Assembly (NCBI GenBank): GCA_964057225.1
Contig: OZ059897.1
Coordinates: forward strand, 14,756,001 to 14,820,000
DNA from: Auanema rhodensis
Lineage: Eukaryota > Animalia > Nematoda
Direction: 5' to 3'
DNA: 64,000 nucleotides
Position numbers and translations under genes: made by a program
Shown here: in pieces, positions 43,809 through 56,824 of the stretch
How positions within the stretch are numbered: position 1 is the first letter of the stretch
How the letters are laid out: each line of letters opens with the position of its first letter
The notes under the pieces: generated by a model
The model's input: only the letters and a program-made list of their open reading frames with translations
Databases searched by the model: none
Told to the model about the DNA's origin: nothing

Positions 43809-43991
43809 ACCGCTCAGATGAGCAGATTACAAAAGCTTTCCGTTGCCGGCTAGCTCGCGGTCATCAACTTCCGAAGAAGTTCTTCACGCTCGCAACCTGC
43901 TCATTACCCTTTCACCGCGGTCAACATGTGTCGAAGTTTAAAAGGGAATGTGAAATACAAACTACAGAAATGATTCTGTGTAGTATGATTT
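43809..43991 (-). ncRNA. U3: U3 snoRNA
   Basis: Minus strand reads AAAUCAUACU (box A'), GAAUCAUUUCUGUAG (box A, 43962-43976), terminal stem ACCGC/GCGGU, stem AUGAGCAGGUU/AAUCUGCUCAU, box B GAGCGUGA (43884-43891), a hairpin, box C UGAUGA (43861-43866) and box D CUGA (43814-43817), all in canonical order. Confidence 0.9.
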
Positions 43992-44003
43992 CAAAGATTC
44001 AAC

Positions 44004-44048
44004 GTAATCTCTGAACCAAAGCAATTGACTCGCCGTATGTCGTATGGG
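44004..44048 (-). promoter_or_regulatory. snRNA-type proximal promoter element of U3, copy B
   Basis: Lies about -13 to -57 from the inferred U3 start and is repeated 368 bp away. Confidence 0.7.
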
Positions 44049-44343
44049 TTTGAACCAACGCAAGTGGTCATATTATAACTATACTTAAATTATATTATAT
44101 TGTTGACTTATTTTTATATAATAGTATAAATAAATAAATAATTTAATTATATTACTTGTTCTTTACTTGTATAATACCATTTATAAAGATTTAGCTATTG
44201 TATATATACATAAACATAAGCCATACTTCTCGATTAAAATCAATATGGTTGCATTTGGTCACCTATGAACCAGATGCTTAGGTTAACGCATTTTCCAAAC
44301 AAATTGATAGGAGTCGGACACATCTGGCTTGAGTGTGAGGACT

Positions 44344-44357
44344 GCTACCATGGTTAC
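44344..44357. promoter_or_regulatory. X-box (RFX/DAF-19 site) upstream of nphp-1
   Basis: GCTACCATGGTTAC (reverse complement GTAACCATGGTAGC) has one mismatch to GTHNYYATRRNAAC and lies ~80-90 bp upstream of the ATG of a ciliary transition-zone gene. Confidence 0.7.
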
Positions 44358-44435
44358 CATGACATTTACAGCAGTGAAGCTCATAGTGGTCAAGGCTTTC
44401 TTAACTATCAAACACAACAATTCTGTTCAAAAATA

Positions 44436-47400
44436 ATGAGTATTTTTGGAAGAATATTCCCAATTAAAGATATATTAGCTCGAGTTCCACAACTTGAAAC
44501 ACAGGTGAGTAAATAGTTTATTTCTCTTTATGTTTCGACAAGCATGCTCAATTGACCTCAATCTGAATTTAATTGGCTTTATCCGGTTTCATTGTGCATG
44601 TCGTAATTGTGAAAAAATAAAATAACTTTTGAATTAATATTATAAATCAACAATAAGGTATTAAGTATATACTTTTAATTTTTTTAAGATTGAAAAATTG
44701 GAAAAAGAAAATGAAACAACAAGAGGAACAAAGAATAGGAGCAGTTTTAGAAAACGATGTGACGAATTGAATAAACAGGTCAGACAATAAGCAGGCACTG
44801 AGCAGCATTATCAATAAATTTTAGATTGAAAACCAAAGAACGCGTATTTCAAACTTGAAAATGAAAGAAGGTTCGGAAGATAAACAACTAGCTCATAAAG
44901 CAATGGAGAAACTAAAAGTTATTCAGGTATCATATACTAATACAGATTTGGCCAAAAATGCGTTTCGCAGAATCGTTTAATTGACATCTCAGATGTATCC
45001 ACGACGGAACCTTCGTTGGCAGATGAAACACATAAAGAAGAGTAAGATAATAGCAAAATATGTTAGATTTTGTAAATTTTTTAGACCAAAAGTTGATGTT
45101 GTTGTTGAAGAAGAAGTTATTGAGGAGAAACCTATTTCAAAACATGAAGAGATTACTCGACAGCAGAGTATGTATGATGAAGATGATGAGGAGGAAGATG
45201 ATGCTCAAGTATAAAATAAATTATAAAATTGATGTTAAAATTATATAATTTAGATTTATACAACAGCAAAACCTCCACAACCTCAACCTCGTATTATAGC
45301 TGTTCAGTCAAACACGAATGAGACACCTGTTATTTCGGTATATCAATGAAATACAATTATAGAATAAAATGAATTTAGAAACAAAATACTGGAGATGAGG
45401 AAGATAAAGCTAAACAAACAGAAGGAATGGTAGTTGGTAATGATTTTCTAGTTTTGGGTGATTTCAATGCGGAAGAACCTGGAGATTTAACAGTAAAGAA
45501 AGGTGAAATGGTGAAGATTATTCAAACCAGGTAATATTATTATTTATAATTATATAATTATAAAAAAATACTTTAAAAAAGAATAAAGAAAATATTTATA
45601 TTTATTAAATGTATTCGTAAAAGCTACTATAGCAACCAATATAACAAAGGTTGTGTCCTGAAATTTGCTTAAATGCTTGCCATTTTTCTTTTTTCCATAT
45701 CCTCCATTTTGTATAATTTCAATTCAAAAAGTCAACTCGACCTTTCTTTTGAAAGATAGATTTTACATTTGTCGAGATTTAAAGAGCATTTCATAGGCCT
45801 GATGGTTGGTGGACTGCAAAAGCTTCTAAAGAACGCATAGGACTAGTACCAAAAACTTTTCTTCGTCATGTACCAGCAGAAGTTTTAAATGAAGTATTCT
45901 CACATTCTATAGAATCTACTGTTCCATCTTCATCTATTGACAAAGAAGAAGAGGAAGAAGCTGATATTGAAAGAGAGAGAGTAAGTTTTTCTTTCTACAG
46001 TACTGTTTAATTGTAAACTGCGAATTTAGACTGAAGAAGAAGATATGGGAAAATCTAAAGCTATCGACCAAGAGTCCAATTTACCTCAACCATCGGCAAC
46101 ATCTGTACCAGTAAGACTGCTTATAATTTAAACTTATGAAGGCACTATGTTACAGCCTCTTGCATTAGCTATAACACGTCCTATTCGTTGTTTGGGTGAT
46201 GCTTTACGATCAGATCCACATCTTACTTATGCTTGTCACCTTACCCCTAGACTTAGTCATTCGAATTTAGCATTTCATGATCTTTACTGGAATTATGAAG
46301 ATGATAAGGTTTGAACAAATATTATAGTGTATTAATTATTTGAATATAGTTAAGAAAACGGCATGTTCGTGTATCATGCTTAGTTCGTTTGATACGATTC
46401 GAAGGTATGCCTAGAGATATAGATATTGGGCTTGTTCGAATAGGATTGTATGATACAAGTAGAAAAACAGGAAGACAATTGGTAATAATGAATAACTATA
46501 TTAATTATATAATATATTTTTTTCAGGTTAGTAATATTCATACAATTCGAGCACAAGTAAAAGGTACAACTTGGACATTTATATCAAGGGTTAATTGATT
46601 ATTATAATTTATTTAAAATATATGATTTCTAGGCAGATACAGCTAGTTCTGGAATTGATTTTGGTGATTTTTTATTACGATCAAACTACAAAATGAAAGA
46701 TGTAGTATTATTATTAGAAGCGAGTACTGTAATTACACAAAATGTAAGCAAAAAATGATTAATTTTTATAAAATACTGTTTGAACTATAAAAATAGAATA
46801 TATATATTAAATTTTAGGGACAACAAGAAGAAAGAGCTTTAGGATACCATCGTTTATCTATTATAGGAGATAATAACGAGTTTTGTTTAACAAAAAAGTA
46901 AAAATAATACTTTATATACTATATCATATATATCTTTCATTATAGAACTTATACAGAAATATTATTAACTGATAATATATTTGATAGTGAAGCTGCTATT
47001 AAACGAACTCCATACAAAATAGTTTTTAAAGCTTTAGATATTCCAAAAGATTTAGTTCCGTTTGTTGAGTAAGTTACATAGATTCAAACTATATTTCTTT
47101 ATTTTTTACTAAATATAACCGATTCTCTTGAACTGAAAGTCAAAAATGAAATTTAATTTTCTTATGCTTACTTATGCTAATTATAAAATATATTTAGTGC
47201 ATTACCTGATGTTCTTCTTTTGAATCCAATGTATATACGTGTCACATATTTCTATAGAAGAAGAGCTGGTACATTACTTCTTCGTGATCGTTCAAATCCA
47301 TTAAGTGCAGGTAATATTATAAATTTTAAAATTATATAAATATATTTTATTTTTAGAAATGATCTCAGATCCTCTTTTAGCTATATTCCCATATGTAGCT

Positions 47401-47822
47401 GATCAACTTGATCTAATGGATTTAATAACAAATTCATGGAATAGTAAAATGAAAACAATGAAAAATGTATTTAAATCTTTTTATTACAAATATGAAAAGT
47501 TTTTTATTTATTTTAGAAATCTGAAGTACATCAAGCTGAAATCTTTTTTCATATTTTTATGAATACAGCATACTGTATTCATCGAACAGCTATAATTCCA
47601 GATTATTGTATATGGGATACAAAAGCTCTAATAGAAAGACAAGAGGTATTATTACATAATTTTATTTTTTATTTAATAAAACATATTCAGGTTTTAAAGA
47701 AATGTGTTGATATGTTACGTGAATACAAGACAGCTGCTCGTTTCTTGTTAACAACCTCAAGCAAACCAATTAATATATATGATTATTCTTTAGATATAAT
47801 GGGAATACATGCTTTAGATTAA
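44436..47822 (+). CDS. nphp-1: Nephrocystin-1 (coiled coil, acidic stretches, SH3, nephrocystin homology domain)
   Basis: N-terminal coiled coil; SH3 ([31 protein letters not shown]); [42 protein letters not shown]. Upstream X-box. Confidence 0.88.
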
Positions 47823-48071
47823 TTATAAAACTTGTTTTAATTTATACAATTTATAAAATAATATTTTTAAATTATAAGTAAAAATTATTTACTTGAAATA
47901 ATTTAAAACAAAAGTATTGTATTTATTATTCCAATAATGTTACTTATTTTGAATTGATGCTCAAATATTTTTAATTGTTAATATATTTTATTATATTTTA
48001 TATGTATATATATATATTATATATGAATTATTTCAAAAATATATTTATTCTTATTCATAAATACAAATCAT

Positions 48072-48715
48072 TTACTGAGTTTTAAAGATTTCGTTAGCTG
48101 TTTGACAATGAATATATTGTTGTTCAACACTATGATTTCCACGATCATTAGTAGCTTCAACTTTGTAAATACCTTGATCTGCTTGAGAAGGATTCTAGAA
48201 ATTATAAAATAATTAAAAAAAAATAATTTTGAATTTGAACCTTTAATTGCAAAGTAACAGTCCATTTTCCAACCGTCTTTTTGATTTTTTGAACATATCT
48301 ATCACCACTAAGCTCTTTACCCTTGAAATACCTATACAAATCAAATATAAGATTATAATTTAAAAAAAAAAGAAAACCATTTGATAGTTGGTTGCGGATT
48401 AGCATTACAAAGACATTCAAACAGAATAGATCCGTCTGGTTGTTGAAGAAGTGACGGAGCTTTTTCGAAGAATGGAGCCAACATTATCTGTTATATATAT
48501 CGAAATTATAAAAATTATTTATATATTTAAAATAAAAAGCTAGGAAAAGTGAAAAGTATTACGAAAAAATGAATGAGATGGAATCTAACAACAACATAAG
48601 TTGATCGCTCTGGTACAGACAAGAGAAGCTCTCATCTATCCGGAGGCTGGGTATATCGTGGGAGGGTGTTGTTGAGAATTACACTGTTAAGCATCAGAAA
48701 CCGAACCTCTGACAT
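48072..48715 (-). CDS. Small single I-set Ig domain protein without signal peptide (DIM-1/twitchin N-terminal Ig-like)
   Basis: Spliced (MSE-I)MLAPFFEKAPSLLQQPDGSILFECLCNANPQPTIKWYFKGKEL..TLQLKNPSQADQGIYKVEATNDRG..TQ*. The 9-nt first exon (48707-48715) is tentative; the alternative start is 48484. Confidence 0.8.
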
Positions 48716-49410
48716 ACTTTACATCAACTTTCAAAAGCTCAAAAGGTGTTTCCTTCTCTAAGGTCATCTGATTTGTGTTCCGAACACAAAATATAATTAA
48801 AGTTGAATATAGAAAAGTGTTAAAAGATATAGTAAGTGTGTATATAGAAATATAAAACTAAAACAATTTAATTTTCTTCTCTTTCATTTAAAAAAAAAAA
48901 CATTAAAAATATGAAAAAATGTTGATATTACATATAATATACATACAAATCAAAAATCAAAAAAAAGGTTATGAAATAGAAGAAAATATAAAATGGCACA
49001 ATAAGCACTTCATGTTCGTGCTAACTATTTGCTGATATAATTATAATTAATATAATAATAGTACAGGTTTTTAGATGATAAATTCAAAAAAAAATAACAT
49101 CTAATTTATAATTATATATATGGAAGAGTATATTGGAATAGCAACATATATATATAAAGAGAGAGAGAGAGAGATAGCATGATAAGAGAAAGCTATTCAA
49201 AATTTGTTAGTAGACTTGATTTATATATGTTTCTTATGTAGAATTATATATATCATTATGTATATAAATCTATATATTCAAAGGAATTTTCACAAGCTAC
49301 TGTACAAGTTACTTCAAACCTTTCATGTATCTATCAGCTTCAAGATACAATACAAATGAGTGGAATGATAGAAGTAAAAGAATTTGGATGAAAACATCCT
49401 ACTGAGATAC

Positions 49411-52163
49411 TCATGAGCCATATTGCTCGGAATTCTCGTCAATTCTCTGGAATTGATAGCCACCACGTCCGTCCATCTGTAACGAATACTCGTGATGAAC
49501 CCAAAGAGATTTACGATGTGAAACGGTGAACAAAGTAATATTCATCTCACGACAATATCGATACATAGCACCTAAAATCATTAAAATTATTAAATAGATG
49601 TTTCTAATAGTATTGATATACCTTCTACATCAACAGATACAGCTGATGTGCATTCATCTAAGATAGCAAACTGAGGACGATGATAGAACAGACGGGCCAT
49701 CTGGAATTAAAACGTTCATTTTCAAATTTTATAACTCATTTACAGCTATTCTCTGCTTTTCTCCCCCAGAAAGAACATCCATCCAGTCTTGAACTGAATT
49801 CCAACCTCCTTCACGTGTAAGAATGTGGTTAAGTTGAACCTGGGAATGAATTACAATTCGTTATCTTACATATTTTCAATTAATACCTTCTCAAGAAGAT
49901 CTTCCAAATCGTTATCAGTCATACCACGTCGACGCATATCCAGAGGCTTATCAGGATATATAACTTGATCACGAAGAGTTCCAAGAGTCATATAAGGTCT
50001 CTATAATGTATAGATAATAATAATTTTATAATAAATGATATAATAATACCTGAGGAACATAGAAAAGATTTCCTTTAGCTGGCTTAGTTAAGCGACCTCC
50101 AAAGAGAGGCCAAAGCTCTCCTAATGTTCTGAATAAAGAGCTCTTACCACAACCATTTGGTCCACAAACTAATACGTTAGTTCCAGAAGGCACCTTAATA
50201 ATATAAATATAAATAATTATATAAAATATATTTTATAATACTTCTAAATTCAAACTGTTGATTAAGATATCTCCATTTGGAGTAACCAATGGTACATTTT
50301 CAAATCGAATTACATTATCTTTGATGATAAGTTCACCTGAAATGTAAACAAAATAGTAAAAACAGAATATTCAGATAGCTTTGTACCTGATCCTGGTCTC
50401 AACTCATTGTGGCATGGAACAATCATAGGATTAGAATCGTTATCGCTCACCATTGTACGTTCATATTGTCCTTCAAGATTTATTTTTAAATGCAAGTATT
50501 TGAAAGCAATATCAATACCTTTGTCTAAGTCATCTAAAACTTTAACCAACGTGTCTACTCGACTAGTAAATCCACTAAGTCTAGTCATTTCACGTCCAGC
50601 GAGAGCCAATCTCCCTAAAGCTTCAGCTAGCTTGAACATCATACGACCAGAATTATAGTATTCCTTTAAAGAAATAAATTAACAAAAAAAGTAAAAAGCT
50701 CAGATTACTTGGATAAGCTCATTACGAGAACGATCTGCAAGACGACCATTCTTATCGAAGAATGCCCGACTGACAGCAAACCATCCAACAATAGTAGCAA
50801 AGTATTTAGCCACAATGTTATCAACGAAACCAATTGAGAATCTGAAAGAATGATAAATACAAAAAAAATGTTTTTAATATTTACCTGAAGAGAATCAATT
50901 TACGAAGATGAGCAACAAGATTTCCAAAAGTATGCATTAGAGTTTGCTTCTCTCTATCATTACCTTGATAGAAAGCAACCTCTTCAGAGTTCATGATCAA
51001 TCTTGAATTAACAAATCGGAATTCTCCTTCCAATACTTGCTCCTGTACTGTTAATCTTCCAATCTGAATGAATATAAAACAAAATTCGAACAAGAAAGAA
51101 AAAAGAATTACAGGTCTACGAAGGTATGTCAAGAATACACCAGAGCCAAGAAGATAGGTAAAGAGCAAAGCTGGGGCTCCAAATCCAAGAGAACCACCCA
51201 AACGAGATACATACAAAAGAACATCAACGATTGGCTGAAAAGAAAATTAAAAATAATAAAATATTATATAATTATAATACTTTTGAAAGATTGGAATATA
51301 ATTCAACAATTCCTTCACAGAATTTATCAACATCTTGTGTAAGCAATTGATCAGCGTTTTGAATTCTGTTATCCAAATTTGACATTTTATAGAAAGTAAA
51401 ACCTCTGAAAACAAAAATTTTCTTTATAATATCTAATAGAATTTAACTATACTTCAAGTATTTACCATACAGATGTTGAGTAAGACGATTACGGAAACGA
51501 AGTTTCAATTCAGCCAAGCCAAACTAAATATATAATTAGTGTTATTATAATATTATAAATACTAGTTATACCTTTAAAAAACTATTAACAACACTGATTG
51601 CTGGCATAGCCAACACATATTGAACCAAGCTAGCAAAGAACATAATCTTGTTTCTATCGATTATAGCTCTAAATATTATTTAATATTAAAACTTAACTAT
51701 ATATATAATAACATACGCTTCAATCTTTGTTGCAGTTGTTATCATCCAGACATCAGCATAAGTTCTGCATAAAAGAGACAAAGCAATAAGAAGAGCATAG
51801 AAGAACTAAAAATTCAATTCAATGCTTTACTTTATATTTTCTGACCTCAGATGAGAAAACTCCGGGAACTAATATCTTTAGAATTTTGTGCAATTTTCCC
51901 AAAAACACCGCATCAACGTGGGCTTTATCAGAACTTTTCTTTGTTATCTGTTTGGAAACAACTTGTGTAGATCTTCCTTTAACACTATAACAATACGTTT
52001 CACAATGACATGGAACTGTAATTGTAACTCACGATGTCTTTCGGCTGTACATCTTAACGAAGGCTAAGAAAGCAAGAAGTCCAGCCAATCCTGGACCATA
52101 TTGACGGAATGTTAGAGTGGATGCCAAAAGGCGCACTTGCGCCAGTTTTGACATGCCAGCCAT
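49411..52163 (-). CDS. ABCD3: Peroxisomal ABC half-transporter ABCD3/PMP70 (pmp-1/pmp-2 family)
   Basis: [21 protein letters not shown] (EAA motif), Walker [18 protein letters not shown] signature, [10 protein letters not shown]; ends EQYGS*. Confidence 0.95.
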
Positions 52164-54723
52164 GTTATTTTACTATAATGGGGAAATTAAAAAACGTTAT
52201 CGAATGAACAGTAATAAGAATATTTAACAAAAGAAATATCAATATATATATAAATTTAATCAAAATAATACAATTAAAATTATAACAAGATTATATATAA
52301 GACGAAGACAAAGGCATTACGAGCAAACTGAAGAACAAAGCCAGGTATGCTATCAAGAAGATTTCTACTGAAAGATATAGCTGTAGAATATAGATAAGAA
52401 ACAAAAGTTGGAGCTTTACGGAATTGAAGCCGGTAGCAAAAAAGATCAAAAACGGAAGTTGATAAGAAATAAATCAGGTGAAAACTAAACAGAACATAGA
52501 TTTAGAATCTTAAATATTCAAACAAAAAGGAAATATTGATAAGAAGTACATGTATATATTTAAGAACGTTATAAATTGCTAAATGATTGAGATAAATCGA
52601 TTAAATAATTAATTATACTAATATAATTTTGTTAAAAAATAGCTGATCTAAAATAGAAAAACTTTAATAAAAAATTATTTTAAAAGCTAATACTTATACA
52701 TTATAAACAGAAAAATATAAGAATTCATATAACGATTCGATTATTTCATTTAAAAGAAAAAAATAAAAAATAATAATAAATCATAATTACGTGTCTGTAC
52801 AATAAGTCATCACCAGCCATATGACATCAAAACGTAAGTCACGAAAGGCTTATGATATAATAGCAGCAAGTATTCAGTGATTAAGATAAGAAGTTCAATG
52901 ATAGTAAAATCAGAAATATAAAGAAATGATGGTAAAGTTTCATTATAGATCTAAAACATTCTAAAGCATAAAATATCAGAGAAAAACTTCTTATTTTTCA
53001 GAAAAAAAAGAACAAATAATGACACAAAAACTGAAAAAAAGATGAATAAGACAGTAAGTTCAAAGGGCAAAGTCAAATGCCATGTATGATCGAATGATAT
53101 AGTTAAAACTATAAACACGTAAAATAAATAGTTCATTGGATTTTAGAAAAAGCTCTTTTTACAGTTGCAAAAACTTGAAAAAAATTTTAAAAAAGTAATT
53201 TACTACATAGAATTAAAGCACAACCGATTCTTGAGAATAAAATTTTTTAAATGATATACTTAAATAACGGCGCAATTTCTATTACAAGATTAAATATAAT
53301 AGAAAAGGTCAAACATATACGAAAATTGAAAATATATAAACTAAATAATATTATATTTATCTACTATATAGTAATAATTATATATTTACATCTTTAAAAA
53401 ACAAAAATTAAATCACAAATAGAAGATGCAAAGTATACATACATCTATAAGGTTTGAGAGTGAAATAAAAAATAAATGATAAGATTTTACTAAAAAGACA
53501 GCAAAAAGGTATTAGAAGTAAGGTGTTAGAATGAAATTTTCAATACAAAAAAACCCTTATTAACGACAGAAAGAGTAACAGAGGTATTTTAAAATAATTA
53601 AATTTTATAAATTATAAACTACTACTATATAACATAACTAACTATATCATTAAACAATGAATATCTGTTCATCACAAGAAATGAAAGTTTTTGATATCAA
53701 ATTGTTCAAACTTATAAAAAATGTGAAGAAATGATGATACAACTAAAGTGTTGCAAGACAATAGTTTCGTTTTTATTTTTGAGCGAAAGTGGTGAAACTT
53801 AGTGGTACACTTTGGATGTATATGGTGATAGACAGATATTGAATGATTGCCGCTGAACCGTTTTATCATATTTGGAATAAAACCAGAGCCTTCATATGAA
53901 AGAGAGATTGATATACTGAGATTAAAATAAAGATAAGAAAGACGCAATACATAAATGATAATTTTAAGCTATAAGATCAAAGTTTTCGGACAAAAAGCAG
54001 TTTAAGTACTTAGATTATAAGAAAAAACGATGCCAGCAAATAAAATGTTAAAACTAAAGTAATTTAAAATTAACAAATAAAACCAAATTCTTTATAGAAA
54101 AGATTATAGAAAAGCAGCTTCAACTACTTCGATTATCCAGGCAACCTGAAAGAACATGAACAGTCCATCGGGTGGACTATAAAGTGGCCTGAGAAAATTT
54201 TTCTTCTGTTCATGGTACAATCGATCAAAAGTTCTTATTTTCTTTATCACCCTCATATGAATCAGTACTATTTCTCTTTTTAACACTGTCGTGTTTGTTA
54301 ACAACCTATGGTTAGGAAGGTCGAACAAGACCAATCACTAGATAAGCCAAAACATCAGTTTTCCATATTTAGTCGGACTTTCACAATCTATTCAAATATT
54401 CTATTTTTGGTTATTATTGTAATATTGTATTTATTATCTCTAATCAGTACTTCTATTATCGTGCTTTCACTTTTTCGAAAAGAAATATGTAACAAGAAAT
54501 GAATAATAATTTATTTATTTTTAAAGATGAGAAGTCCACCTTGAAGATCTTTGAGCAAAAAAATTAAAATGGTATAATAGAATTCTTGCGGCAAGTTTAG
54601 CCAATGTAAAAAGAATTACAACCTGACAGGAGACTTATTAAAATGAGAGAAAAAGTAGAACAAAAACTTTTTTAGAAAATGTTCTAATGCTCTGGCCCGC
54701 AAAAATTGGAAAGATATACAAAT

Positions 54724-56824
54724 TTAATCAGATGATGGCATAACCTATAAATATATAAATTCTTAAAAAAACTGTGATGAAAGATTCATACCTTCAGTCT
54801 TTCGAAAGCGGCTTTCTCCAAACTTTCTCTTTGACTGGGGTGAGCAATCTGGAATTCAATTATAATAAAAATTGTAATCAATAAGAATGTGTACCTTAAT
54901 CAACTCGTAAGCTCGCTGTCTCATGTTCTTGCCCCATAATTGAGCAATACCGTATTCGGTGACAACATAGTGAACATGAGAACGGGTGGTAACAACTCCA
55001 GCACCCTGTAATTAAAATGGGAATCAAAAGAGATCAAAACAAGTAAGTCTTACCTCGTTAATGGTAGGAACAATCTTACTCTGTCCTTTCTTGGAAATGG
55101 ATGGAAGAGCAATAATTGGCTTTCCAAGACCATCATCGGCGATACCAGCTCCACGGATGAAGTCAACTTGTCCACCAAATCCAGACAAGAAGCGCTTTCC
55201 AACGGAGTCGGATACAACTGAAGTCATATCATGTAGGAGATCATAACAAAGCGAGTTTACCTTGTCCAGTCAAATCAATCTCAACAGCAGAGTTGATAGC
55301 AGTGACCTTAGGGTTTTTACGAATGAAAGCTGGATCGTTAACCCTGTAAAAAAAACAAATATTAAAAAATAATTTATAGTAGTATACCATTGAACATCTC
55401 CGAAATGAATGAGTGGGTTATCATGAAGATACTTGTAAAGTTTGGTTGATCCATAAACGAATGATACAACAAGCTTTCCAGGATGAATAGTCTATAATAC
55501 TTCTTTATGAATTGCTGCTTGAGATCATAGACCTACCTTCTTACTGTTAGTAATAGCATTACAGTTGATAAGATCCAAAACACCATCAGAGAACATTTCA
55601 GTGTGAATTCCAAGATCTTTGTGGTTCTTCAAGGCGGTAAGTGCAGCATCAGGTACGGCTCCAATCCCCATTTGAAGGGTAGCACCATTATCAACAAGAT
55701 TTTCAGCAATAATTTGTCCAATTTTACGTTCCTGAACAGTCAAAAACAGAAGTTATAAACAAAAAATCATGTCTAAACCTGGTCGTTTTGAGTGGAAACA
55801 TGACGCTCATGAAGTTCATGGGTGTTATCTTCGACGAGAACATCGATGTGAGATGAATGGATAACTCCATCTCCAAAAGTACGTGGCATATTAGAATTTG
55901 ACATAGCTGAAATGCAAATTAAAAAAATCAAAATGTTCAACAAATCTTTTACCAATGATAAAATCAGCATTTGTAACTGCTGCGCGAGCGGCATCAACAG
56001 ATGTACCCAAAGAGCAATATCCATTAGCATCAGGTGGAGAAACCTGAACAACGAGAATAAAAGGTTTCAAAACTGCAGCAATACCTGAACAAGTGCAACA
56101 TTCAACTTAATAACTCCCTTACGGAAAAGCATAGGGACTTCTTGCAGGAAGCACGAGTTGAAGTCAGCGATTCCATTATTGACACAAGATCTCAAATTGG
56201 CTCCAGTGAAAAGAGAGTTGGATCTGATGTGCTCTTAAGAGGATAAATAACAACTTATACAATTATATTGAAGCAAAAGTGAGTAAAAAAGCTTACTGTC
56301 TACACCATTCTCGGTCCATGGAACAGGCCCTTCCAAGTGCAAATGGTGCAATTTGAGCCCCTTAACATCATTGACAACGGCATAGTCGCAGAGTCCCTGA
56401 AAAGTGAAAGAAAAAAATCAGAAGATATAACTTTATTTTGAACAAAATTAATATAAATACATAACGTCGGTCTCATATTCCAACGATGAATTAACTAACC
56501 TTGAGAAGAGGAGTTGGAGTGGCAGCAATACCGTGAACAAAGATGTTATCACCTATTAATTCAATATCAAATACTTAGCACAAATGAACCACTTACCAGA
56601 TTTGACTTGGTTGAAAGCATCTTTCATAGCTACAACTTTTGGTTGTTTGCCAGCAATTGGATAAGCAATTTCATACTTGTCGATAAAGATAGAAGAGAGT
56701 CTGAAAAAAAGTTAGAGAATATCAGTATATCTGAGATTACTTGAATATGATTAGAAAAAGAAAAAATCGTATACCTTGATGCCGATGATGTCGACAAAGC
56801 TCTAGTGGAAAAACGGGAAAGCAT
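54724..56824 (-). CDS. acer-1: Mitochondrial acetyl-CoA hydrolase / acetate:succinate CoA-transferase family protein
   Basis: Presequence MLSRFSTRALSTSSASR; GATLQMGIGAVP, DLGIHTEMFSDG, SGFGGQVDF, VTEYGIAQL. Confidence 0.9.

Noticed and set aside
43520-43900. Hammerhead-like CTGATG..GAAA and CTGAAGA cores on the + strand
   Set aside because: The cores are incomplete (no stem III/UH, or no GAAA), and part of the region is explained as the antisense of U3 and the candidate ncRNA.
43636-44048. 45-bp direct repeats as LTRs or a CRISPR-like array
   Set aside because: Only two imperfect copies in eukaryotic DNA, no TG..CA ends, and the position fits a promoter for U3.
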